This document shows positions 47,442 through 56,199 of a stretch of DNA of 64,000 nucleotides, one piece after another. The stretch is from assembly GCA_039589315.1 (NCBI GenBank), contig JBDHHQ010000013.1, positions 96,001 to 160,000 of the forward strand, read 5' to 3'. Every line of letters starts with the position of its first letter. Within the stretch, counting starts at the first letter, position 1. This DNA comes from Gemmatimonadota bacterium. GTDB taxonomy: Bacteria > Gemmatimonadota > Gemmatimonadetes > Longimicrobiales > Gaopeijiaceae. Both the position numbers and the translations under genes were made by a program. The notes below the pieces were generated by a model that made no database searches, had not been told where the DNA came from, and saw only the letters and a program-made list of their open reading frames with translations.

Positions 47442-48430
47442 GGCGCCTCGCCCTGGCTGCTGCCCTGCTGCTGGTGAGCGTCCCCGTCCACGCGCAGCAG
47501 ACCCACCTGCTGGTGGTGGTGGGACTCGGCGGTGACGACGCCTACCGGGAACGCTTTCATGGTTGGGCCAGCCGCCTGGTGGACGCAGCCACCGGACGGT
47601 ACGGCGTGCCGGCCGACAACGTCCGGTACCTGGGCGAGAAGCCGGAGCTGGACCCGGAGCGCATCGCGGATCGGTCCACGCGCGACAACATCGAGGCGGC
47701 CGTCCGGGACGTGGCTCGGCGGGCCGGGCCCGCCGACGGCGTCATCATCGTCCTCATCGGGCACGGGACGGCGCGGGGTGAGGAGGCGCGCTTCAATCTG
47801 CCGGGACCGGACATGGCGCCCGCGGAGTTCGTGCCGCTCCTCGACGACATCTCGGCGCAGAAAGTGGCCTTCGTCAACACCGCCTCGGCCAGTGGAGCGT
47901 TCCTCGAGCCGCTCGCGGCCCCGGACCGGACCGTGATCACCGCCACGGGGACCGCCCGGGAGCAGAACGAGACCGTCTTCGGGGGCTACTTCGTCGAGGC
48001 GTTCGACGGAGAGGACGCCGACCTGGACAAGAACGGCCGCGTATCGATACTCGAGGCGTTTCAGTACGCCAGCCAGGAGGTCGAGCGGTACTACGAGGAC
48101 GAAGGACTCCTCATGACGGAGCACGCTCGGCTGGTGGACGACTGGCAGGGCATCGGCGAGCCGGAAGCGATCACGGAGGGCGCCGAAGTCCGCGTCGCGC
48201 GCTCCTTCTTCCTTACGGGCCAGGCAGGCACCGGTGCCACCACCGCCGCCGTCACGCCGGAGCTGGCCGCCCTCTACCAGCGGCGCGACAGCCTCGAGAC
48301 CCGGGTGCGCGAGCTCCGCGCCGTCGAGGAAAGCCTGGAGCCCGACGAGTACGAGCGGCGCCTCGAAGACCTGCTCGTGGAGATGGGGCTGGTAAGCCGC
48401 CAGATCCGCGAGCTCGAGGGTCGGCCGTGA
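47438..48430 (+). CDS. Exported caspase/C13-fold protein lacking the catalytic Cys, with EF-hand-like loop and coiled-coil tail
   Basis: Signal peptide; 'LIGHG'; 'VNTASASG'; 'DLDKNGRVSILE'; GTGA overlaps at both ends. Confidence 0.7.
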   Translation: MRRLALAAALLLVSVPVHAQQTHLLVVVGLGGDDAYRERFHGWASRLVDAATGRYGVPADNVRYLGEKPELDPERIADRSTRDNIEAAVRDVARRAGPADGVIIVLIGHGTARGEEARFNLPGPDMAPAEFVPLLDDISAQKVAFVNTASASGAFLEPLAAPDRTVITATGTAREQNETVFGGYFVEAFDGEDADLDKNGRVSILEAFQYASQEVERYYEDEGLLMTEHARLVDDWQGIGEPEAITEGAEVRVARSFFLTGQAGTGATTAAVTPELAALYQRRDSLETRVRELRAVEESLEPDEYERRLEDLLVEMGLVSRQIRELEGRP

Positions 48431-51090
48431 GCGCCCGCCGAGTGGTCACGGGATCGGGTCGGGTGGGGCGGTTCTGCCTCGCCGCTGTGCTGGTAACTGC
48501 CGCCTGCGACACGGCCGGAGCGGCCCAGGCCCCCGACGATGCCGCAGAAGCCTTCCGGTCGGGAGAATACGCCCAGGCCATCTCGGCCTACCGGAGCCTG
48601 GTCCGTTCGGACGCCGCTCCGCCGGGCCATCACATCGGCCTCGTGCGCGCGCTGATGGCCGTAGGCCGCTACGAAGACGCCGAGGACGCTGCCCGGGACG
48701 GTGTGGGGCGACACGGCGCGGAGCTGCAGGGAACGCTGGGCCGCGCGCTCGACCGACAGGGCAAGACGCACGCAGCCGAAGCGGCGTTCACGGCCGCCAT
48801 CGAGGGTGGAGCCACGGACGCCAATGTGGCACGGCTCGACCGGGCCCTCCTGGATTTCCGGCGAGGCAGGCACGACGAGGCCATGGCGGAGTTCGACGCC
48901 TTCATCGACCTGTACAACGACGGCCTCGCCCGTAGCTCCGAGGACCTCACCGCCGTGGCGACCGCAGTCCGCCACCTCGGTGCGGACGATCCCGACCTGT
49001 TCCGCGACGCGCTGCGGGCGTACGACGAAGCGGTGGCCGCGGATCCCTGGAACCACGAGGCCCGGATCCTGACCGGAGAGCTGTTTCTCGAGAAGTACAA
49101 CGGCCCGGACGCGGGGGCCGCCTTCAGGGATGTCCTGACCGTCAACCCGAGCCATCCGGACGCCCTGGTGGGCCTGGCCCGTCTGCTACGGTTCGACGGT
49201 GAGTCCGGGGTGCGAGAGGCATTGGAGCAAGCCCTCCAGGTGAACCCTGGCCACGTCCCTGGCCGCGTGTTCCTGGCGAGCCTGCACCTGAGCGCCGAGC
49301 GCTACGACCAGGCCCAGGAGGAGGCGGAGCGAGCCCTCGAGGTGAACCCGGCGTCGCTGGAGGCCCGCTCGGTGCTCGCGGCCGCCCACTACCTGTCAGG
49401 CGATACCCCCCGGTTCGAGGACGTACGCCGCGAGACGTTCGAGTTGAACCCGCGGTACGCCGAGCTGCTCAATACGGTGGCGGATCTGGCGGTGGATCAG
49501 AGGCGGTACGCCCAGGCCGTGGAGCTGGCCCGGGAGGCCGTGAGCATGGACCCCCAGTCGTGGCGAGGCCTGGGCATCCTGGGCATCAACCTGCTGCGCC
49601 TCGGCCGCGTTGACGAGTCAAGGGAAGCCCTGGAGAAGGCCTTCGCCGGAGATCCGTTCAACGTCTGGTACAAGAACACCCTGGATCTGCTGGACACGTA
49701 CGACCGGTACGTGACGGTGGAGACCGAGCACTTCGCGATCTTCATGCGCGACGACGAGGCGGACCTGTTGGAGCCGTACGCCACGTCGGTGGCCGAGGAG
49801 GCCTACGCCAGGCTCGTGGCGCGCTACGGCTACGAACCGCCCACCCCGGTGCGACTGGAGCTGTACCCGAGCCACGCGGATTTCTCGGTGCGGACGGCCG
49901 GACTCGCCGGCATCGGCATTCTCGGGGTGAGCTTCGGGAGCGTCCTGGCCATGGACTCCCCCTCGGCCCGAGGGATCGGAGAGTTCAACTGGGGCTCGAC
50001 GCTGTGGCACGAGCTCGCGCACGCCTTCCACCTCGGCATGACCGAGCACCGCGTCCCGCGTTGGTTCTCCGAAGGACTGGCGGTCCGGGAGCAACGGCTC
50101 GCCCGGGTGGGGTGGGGCCACCAACCCGACGTGGCGTTCCTCCGAGCCTACGACGAGGGGCGCCTCCATCCCGTGAGCACCCTGAACGACGGATTCGTCC
50201 GGCCGAGCTATCCACAGCAGGTCGTGTTCTCGTACTATCAGGCGTCCCTGGTCTTCGAGATGATCGAGGCGGAGAGCGGCTTCGAGGCCGTGCTCGCGAT
50301 GCTTCGTGGATATCGGGACGGTCGCCAGACCGAGGCGCTGGTGGCGGAGGTCCTCGGCATGAGCATGGACGCCCTGGACGAGCGCTTCGACGCGTTCATG
50401 CAGCAGCGCTTCGGAGAGACCCTCTCCGCCGTACGTCCCCGGGACCTGGGGCCCGATCCGTCACGGGAGCGTCTGGAGCGTCATCTGGCGGACGACCCCA
50501 CCGACTTCACGGCCCACATGATCCTGGCCCGGCTCCTCGTGGGCGAGGGCGCCCCGGAGGCGGCGATTCCCCATCTGGAGGCGGCCCGGGAGCTCTTCCC
50601 CGCGCTCGGCGCTCCCGACGGACCGTCGTGGCAGCTCGGGAACATCCGGGAGGAGCTGGGAGACCTGGACCGGGCGGCCGACGAGTTCCGACAGGCGGCC
50701 CTCCGGAACGAGGGCCACTACGCGGCTGGGCTGGAGGAGGCCCGCCTGCGCCGGGAGCTGGGAGACCTGGACGGCGCCGTTGAGGCGCTGGACCGGGCCA
50801 TCCTGGTCCATCCATACGAGATCGAGGTCCACGAGGACCTGGCCGGAATGCTCGCAGAGACGGGCCAGTGGGAGCGCGCCGTCCGTGAGCGGAAAGCCGT
50901 CGTCGCGCTCGACCCGACGGACCGGGCCGCGGCTCTGTATCAGTTGGCCCGTGCTCACCACATGGCGGGCCACACCGACGAGGCCCGCCGGCAGGTCCTG
51001 GAAGCCCTCGAGGTGGCCCCCAGCTACGACGAGGCCCTGGAGCTCCTGCTGGAGATCCGGGCCGGTGCCGGCCCGAGGGGGAAGTCGTGA
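48427..51090 (+). CDS. TPR-repeat protein with central peptidase MA-like (gluzincin) domain, probable lipoprotein
   Basis: Many TPR helices; 'HELAH' followed by 'PRWFSEGLA'; N-terminal 'TAAC'. Confidence 0.88.
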   Translation: MSARRVVTGSGRVGRFCLAAVLVTAACDTAGAAQAPDDAAEAFRSGEYAQAISAYRSLVRSDAAPPGHHIGLVRALMAVGRYEDAEDAARDGVGRHGAELQGTLGRALDRQGKTHAAEAAFTAAIEGGATDANVARLDRALLDFRRGRHDEAMAEFDAFIDLYNDGLARSSEDLTAVATAVRHLGADDPDLFRDALRAYDEAVAADPWNHEARILTGELFLEKYNGPDAGAAFRDVLTVNPSHPDALVGLARLLRFDGESGVREALEQALQVNPGHVPGRVFLASLHLSAERYDQAQEEAERALEVNPASLEARSVLAAAHYLSGDTPRFEDVRRETFELNPRYAELLNTVADLAVDQRRYAQAVELAREAVSMDPQSWRGLGILGINLLRLGRVDESREALEKAFAGDPFNVWYKNTLDLLDTYDRYVTVETEHFAIFMRDDEADLLEPYATSVAEEAYARLVARYGYEPPTPVRLELYPSHADFSVRTAGLAGIGILGVSFGSVLAMDSPSARGIGEFNWGSTLWHELAHAFHLGMTEHRVPRWFSEGLAVREQRLARVGWGHQPDVAFLRAYDEGRLHPVSTLNDGFVRPSYPQQVVFSYYQASLVFEMIEAESGFEAVLAMLRGYRDGRQTEALVAEVLGMSMDALDERFDAFMQQRFGETLSAVRPRDLGPDPSRERLERHLADDPTDFTAHMILARLLVGEGAPEAAIPHLEAARELFPALGAPDGPSWQLGNIREELGDLDRAADEFRQAALRNEGHYAAGLEEARLRRELGDLDGAVEALDRAILVHPYEIEVHEDLAGMLAETGQWERAVRERKAVVALDPTDRAAALYQLARAHHMAGHTDEARRQVLEALEVAPSYDEALELLLEIRAGAGPRGKS

Positions 51091-51938
51091 GGGCCGGGCG
51101 TCTGCTGAGCGGCTTCGTTGTCGCCCTCGCGGCCGTCCCGGTCGCCACCATGCTGCGGTCGACGGGCGAGGTCCGGTCGCCAGGGCAGGCCGGGGCCGTC
51201 GCTCCCGCCAATACGTTGGCGTTCCGTGGTCTGGGAGATTGGAGCGACGGTGCGGCCCCACTGACCCAGATCCCCCATTACCCGTACGACGGCCGCTTCA
51301 CCTTCGTGCGAATCCGGTACTCGTCGGGCATGCAGCGCGGCTTTGGGCGAGGTCGGGGTCCGCTGTGGGCCCACGACTACCCGGTAGGCGAGATCAACTT
51401 CCTGAAGATTCTGACGGAGACCACCAACCTCGAAGCCGTGATGGAGGGGGGGAACGTCTTCAGCCTGGACGATCCGGAGCTGACCCGGTACCCCATCGCC
51501 TACCTGGTCGAGGTGGGCGCCTGGGCACCCAGCCCTGCCGAGGTCGAAGGCCTCAGGAACTTCCTCCTCAAGGGCGGCTTCCTGATCATCGACGATTTCC
51601 GGGGCGACTGGGAGCTCTACAACTTCCAGGAGCATATGCGTCGCGTGCTCCCTGGACACCAGATGGCCCAGCTCGACGTCTCGCATCCCATCTTCAACTC
51701 GTTCTTCCACATCGAGTCCCTGGACCTGGCCCCGCCCACCTTCCAGGGCTATCGGCCGGCGTACCTCGGCATTTTCGAGGAGAACGACCCCGAGAAGCGC
51801 CTCATGGTCATGATCAACTTCAACAACGACATCGGAGAGTACTGGGAGTACTCGGACCTGGGTTGGTACCCCATCGACCTCTCCAACGAGGCGTACAAGC
51901 TGGGGGTGAACTACATGATCTATGCCTTCACCCATTGA
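51087..51938 (+). CDS. DUF4159 domain protein (paralog 2), exported
   Basis: 'WAHDYP', 'LRNFLLKGGFLIIDDF', 'HPIFNSFF', 'NDIGEYWE', 'GVNYMIYAFTH'. Confidence 0.85.
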   Translation: MRAGRLLSGFVVALAAVPVATMLRSTGEVRSPGQAGAVAPANTLAFRGLGDWSDGAAPLTQIPHYPYDGRFTFVRIRYSSGMQRGFGRGRGPLWAHDYPVGEINFLKILTETTNLEAVMEGGNVFSLDDPELTRYPIAYLVEVGAWAPSPAEVEGLRNFLLKGGFLIIDDFRGDWELYNFQEHMRRVLPGHQMAQLDVSHPIFNSFFHIESLDLAPPTFQGYRPAYLGIFEENDPEKRLMVMINFNNDIGEYWEYSDLGWYPIDLSNEAYKLGVNYMIYAFTH

Positions 51939-52082
51939 CGCGGGTGTGCGATCAGAATGTGAATTCTACTTATTGCCGTCGGAACCCGGACGAGCCCCGC
52001 TTGCGCCGGTAGGAAGCGCGAGATCGGGGCAGCATGAGCCAACAACTCTGCGTAAGCGGACTCTTCCATAGGAGCGTGAGAC

Positions 52083-53150
52083 GTGGCGTGGATCGAGGAT
52101 CCTTCACCGCAGCCGGGGCAGGACGGGTCGGACCAGGCCCTCGAGACTCCGGACGACATCGACCTGGCGGACCGGATGAAGGCCGGCCGGGAGCAGATCA
52201 TCACGGAGCTCCGGAAGCTCATCATCGGGCAGGAGGAGGTCATCGAGCAGGTCCTGCTCAGCTTGTTCGTGGGAGGTAACAGTCTCCTGGTGGGCGTACC
52301 GGGACTCGCGAAGACCCTGCTCATCCATACGATGGCCCGAGTCCTCGACCTGGAATTCTCCCGCATCCAGTTCACGCCGGACCTGATGCCCTCCGACATC
52401 ACCGGCACGGACATCATCCAGGAGGACCCCACTACCGGCCGCCGGGAGCTGGTCTTCCAGCAGGGACCGGTGTTCGCGAACATCGTCCTGGCTGACGAGA
52501 TCAACCGCACGCCGCCGAAGACCCAGGCTGCCCTCCTGGAGGCGATGCAGGAGCACCGCGTCACCGTCCAGGGCACCACGTACGAGCTCCCGGAGCCCTT
52601 CCACGTCTTCGCCACCCAGAATCCCATCGAGCTCGAGGGCACGTATCCCCTGCCCGAGGCACAGCTCGATCGCTTCATGTTCGAAATCGTCATCGAGCAC
52701 CTGTCCGAGGAGGAGGAGCTGGAGGTCGTCCGTACGACCACGGGCATCCTCGACCCCCGGTTCGGGCACGCGGTCACGGGTCCGGACCTGATGGCGTTCC
52801 AGCAGCTCGTGCGGCGCGTGCCGGTCAGCGAGGCCATCCTGCGGTATGCCGTGGCCTTGGCCCGGACCACCCGTCCGGGATCGAACGGCTCGACGCCCGA
52901 GTTCGTCGAGAAATGGGTGGCGTACGGCGCCAGCGTCCGGGCGGCCCAATACCTGATCCTGGGCGCGAAGGCCCGGGCCCTTACGCGCGGCCGGTATCAC
53001 GTGAGCTTCGATGACGTCCGGGCCCTGGCCCATCCGGTCTTGCGTCACCGCATACTGACGAACTTCCACGCCGAGTCGGAAGGCGTGACGACGGGAGACA
53101 TGGTGGATCAACTCCTCGAAGCCGTTCCCGTGCCGGCGTCGGGGATGTAG
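52083..53150 (+). CDS. moxR: MoxR family AAA+ ATPase
   Basis: Walker A 'GVPGLAKT', 'RIQFTPDLMPSDI.G', Walker B 'LADEINR', 'ATQNPIE.EGTYPLPEAQLDRF'. Confidence 0.96.
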   Translation: MAWIEDPSPQPGQDGSDQALETPDDIDLADRMKAGREQIITELRKLIIGQEEVIEQVLLSLFVGGNSLLVGVPGLAKTLLIHTMARVLDLEFSRIQFTPDLMPSDITGTDIIQEDPTTGRRELVFQQGPVFANIVLADEINRTPPKTQAALLEAMQEHRVTVQGTTYELPEPFHVFATQNPIELEGTYPLPEAQLDRFMFEIVIEHLSEEEELEVVRTTTGILDPRFGHAVTGPDLMAFQQLVRRVPVSEAILRYAVALARTTRPGSNGSTPEFVEKWVAYGASVRAAQYLILGAKARALTRGRYHVSFDDVRALAHPVLRHRILTNFHAESEGVTTGDMVDQLLEAVPVPASGM

Positions 53151-53155
53151 CTCCG

Positions 53156-54076
53156 ATGGTCCCTCGACAGCAGCAGCGCACGCTGGCGCCGGCGTCCCGC
53201 TTCCTCGAGCCCGCGATCCTGGCACGGATCGACAACCTCGAGCTGCTGGCGCGGACGGTGGTCGACGGGTTTCTCCACGGCCTCCACCAGTCCCCCTACC
53301 TCGGGCTGTCCCTGGATTTCGCCGAGCACCGTGCGTACCAGCCCGGTGACGACATCCGACTCATCGACTGGCGTCTCTTCGCCCGCACGGACCGGCATTT
53401 CATCAAGCAATTCGAGGCGGAGACCAACGCCAATTTCGTTGTCATTCTAGATATCTCCCGTTCCATGAGCTACGGGAGCCAGGAGATCAGCAAGCTCGAC
53501 TACGCCAGATATCTGGCGGCTTGTCTCGCCTACTTCTCGCGCAGCCAGGGAGATCGCGTCGGCATCGTCACCTTCGACAATGAGATTGGTGAATACGTGC
53601 CGCCGTCACTCCGCCACCTCGACGTCCTTCTACACACGCTGGCCCGGGCCCAGGCCGGAGCCCCGGGCAGCCTCGCGCCCCTGCGGCGCATCGGGGAGAC
53701 CCTGAACCGACGGGGCATCCTGGTGGTCATCTCGGACCTCTATGAGGAGCCGGAGCGCGTGCTCCGGGCCATGAACGACCTGCGGCACCGGGGCCACGAC
53801 GTGTTGGTCTTCCACGTGATGGACCCGGCGGAACTGACCTTTCCCTTCGACAAGTCTTCGAGCTTCCAGGATCTGGAGACCGGCGAGGAGATCCCCGTCG
53901 TTCCGGACAAGCTTCGGGATGAGTATCGCTCCCTGATCCGCGGTCACATCGAGGGGCTCGAGCGCATGTTCACGGCCAATCGTATGGACTACGCCCTGCT
54001 GGACACCTCCGAGCCCCTCGACCACGCGTTGTTCAGATACCTGGCCACGCGGCAGCGGATGAGCAGGACACGCTGA
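53156..54076 (+). CDS. DUF58 (vWA-like) protein
   Basis: 'GLHQSP..G.S.DFAEHRAYQPGDD.R.IDW', MIDAS 'DISRS', 'ISDL'. Confidence 0.93.
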   Translation: MVPRQQQRTLAPASRFLEPAILARIDNLELLARTVVDGFLHGLHQSPYLGLSLDFAEHRAYQPGDDIRLIDWRLFARTDRHFIKQFEAETNANFVVILDISRSMSYGSQEISKLDYARYLAACLAYFSRSQGDRVGIVTFDNEIGEYVPPSLRHLDVLLHTLARAQAGAPGSLAPLRRIGETLNRRGILVVISDLYEEPERVLRAMNDLRHRGHDVLVFHVMDPAELTFPFDKSSSFQDLETGEEIPVVPDKLRDEYRSLIRGHIEGLERMFTANRMDYALLDTSEPLDHALFRYLATRQRMSRTR

Positions 54077-56199
54077 TGGGTCTCCAATTCCTCGTTCCGG
54101 CGTTTCTCGTAGGGCTCGCTGTCCTTGCCGTACCGGTCATCCTCCACCTCACCCGGCGACAGCGCAGCCGCGTGGTCGAGTTCCCGTCGCTCATGTTCCT
54201 CGAGCGCATCCCCTACCGCTCCATGCGGCGGCGGAAGATCCGGCACTGGCTCCTCCTGCTCGTACGGGCCAGCGCCCTCGTCCTGTTGGTGGCGGCCTTC
54301 GCTCGGCCCCTGTTCACGGGCGTCGACCTGGCGGCAGGGACGGTCCTCGGCCCCAGGGAGGTCGTGATCCTGCTGGACCGCTCGTACAGCATGTCCCACG
54401 GCGATCGCTGGGACGCCGCCACCGCCGCGGCCGCGGACGTGGTGACCGGCCTGCAGCCCATCGACCGAGCCAGCTTGATCTTCTTCGACGAGGGTGCTCA
54501 GGCGGCCACGCGGTCCGTCTCCGAGCCCGGGCGGCTCACCCGGGCCCTGGCCGAGGTCCGGGTGGGCTCCATGGGGACCCGGTACGGGCCTGCGCTCAAG
54601 CTGGCCGAGAGCATCCTCGCGGATTCGGACCTGCCGAACCAGGAGCTCTTCATCATCTCGGACTTCCAGCGAGCCGGTTGGAGCGGGGAGACCGACGTCC
54701 GGCTCCTCGCCAATGTCCGCGTCACGCCCGTTCCAGTGGGTGGCGCGGATGGCGATCCGGTCCCCGAGAATGTGACCGTCGCCGACCTGGAGCTACGCCG
54801 GGATCTGTTCAGCGGCCGGGAGCGGGTCACGGCCGCGGCGCGGCTCACCCGGGTGGGCGGCCAGGAACCGCGAGACGTCGAGGTGACGCTGTGGGTGGAT
54901 GGACGAGTACTCGAGGCGGCCGTGGCCACGCTCGACCGCGATGGAGCGGCGGGCGTCACCTTCGAGCCGTTCACCTTGCCCGGACCCTTCACCAGGGGCG
55001 AGGTGACGATCGAGGCGGACGCGCTGACGCCCGACGACGCCAGGAGGTTCGCCATCTCGCCCGGACGGGCCCGTTCGGTCCTGGTCGTGCGTGGCCCCTC
55101 TGCCGGCGGCCGGAGCACCCTCTACCTCGAGCGGGCGCTGGGCATCTCCCGAGGAGCCGGGTACCGGGTGGACGTGCGGGGCTCGGGCGCCCTGACCGCA
55201 GATCTGACCCAACGGAGCGTCGTGGTCCTGTCGGACACACCGCTCAGCGGACCCGCCGCGGACAACCTCCGCGGCTTTCTGGAGGCCGGCGGCGGCGCGC
55301 TGGTGGTGCTGGGAGAGTCCAGCCGGGTCGCCGCGGCGGCGGCGGGGCTGCTGCCCGCCACGGTGGGAGCCCCAGTGGATCGGCTGGAGGCCGGCCGGCT
55401 CGGGTACGTGGACTACAGCCACCCGGTCCTGGAGACCTTCGCGGGGCCCGATGGCGGCGACTTTTCCCGCGCCCGGTTCTATCGATACCGGGCGGTGACG
55501 CCGGTGGACAGCGCCCGCGTCCTGGCCCGCTACGACGACGGCCAGCCCGCCATGATCGAGGGAAAGGTCGGCCAGGGGCGCGTCATCGTCTGGTCGTCGT
55601 CCACGGACAACTTCTGGAACGACCTGGTCCTCCAGCCCCTCTTTCTACCGCTGCTCCATCAGACCGTGGCCTACCTGACCGGGCACGGCCCTGTCCCCGA
55701 GGCCTACGTGGCCGGCGACGTGCTGGATCTCGGGAACCCGGAGGCCCTGGGGCTACGGCCGACCGACGAGCTACCGACGGGCGCGCGCGTCGAGGACGAG
55801 CGCGTGGCGCTGACTCCGACCGGGCAGACGGTGACGATCGAGCCGGGCACCCGGGCGCTGCTGGATCTTCCGGAGCACGGGTTCTACCAGGTTCGTGCCC
55901 CTGGCTCCGAGGAGCCCAGGCCCGTTACCGTGGCGGTGAACGTGGACATCACGGAATCCGACCTGCGGGCCATGGACCCGGAGGAGCTGGTCCTGGCCCT
56001 CCAGGCGGCTCCGGTTACGGACGACGAGGGGCAGGTGGCTGGTGAGGCGGGTGTCGTGAGGGCTGAGGACCTGGAACGGCGGCAAGGATTCTGGCGCTTC
56101 CTTCTGATAGGGGCGTTCGTGCTTCTCGTTGTAGAGACCGTGATGTCGAACCGCCTTTCCCGGGGAAGGGCGTCAGAGGCGGGAGGTGTCCGTGCGTAG
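54076..56199 (+). CDS. BatA-domain plus vWA membrane protein
   Basis: BatA 'PVILHL', 'FPSLMFL', 'AFARP'; MIDAS 'DRSYS', 'ISD'; C-terminal TM. Confidence 0.9.
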   Translation: MGLQFLVPAFLVGLAVLAVPVILHLTRRQRSRVVEFPSLMFLERIPYRSMRRRKIRHWLLLLVRASALVLLVAAFARPLFTGVDLAAGTVLGPREVVILLDRSYSMSHGDRWDAATAAAADVVTGLQPIDRASLIFFDEGAQAATRSVSEPGRLTRALAEVRVGSMGTRYGPALKLAESILADSDLPNQELFIISDFQRAGWSGETDVRLLANVRVTPVPVGGADGDPVPENVTVADLELRRDLFSGRERVTAAARLTRVGGQEPRDVEVTLWVDGRVLEAAVATLDRDGAAGVTFEPFTLPGPFTRGEVTIEADALTPDDARRFAISPGRARSVLVVRGPSAGGRSTLYLERALGISRGAGYRVDVRGSGALTADLTQRSVVVLSDTPLSGPAADNLRGFLEAGGGALVVLGESSRVAAAAAGLLPATVGAPVDRLEAGRLGYVDYSHPVLETFAGPDGGDFSRARFYRYRAVTPVDSARVLARYDDGQPAMIEGKVGQGRVIVWSSSTDNFWNDLVLQPLFLPLLHQTVAYLTGHGPVPEAYVAGDVLDLGNPEALGLRPTDELPTGARVEDERVALTPTGQTVTIEPGTRALLDLPEHGFYQVRAPGSEEPRPVTVAVNVDITESDLRAMDPEELVLALQAAPVTDDEGQVAGEAGVVRAEDLERRQGFWRFLLIGAFVLLVVETVMSNRLSRGRASEAGGVRA

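Noticed and set aside
53400..53640. Locally lower GC inside the DUF58 gene as a sign of foreign DNA
   Set aside because: Short, in frame, protein motifs continuous and no mobility signatures.
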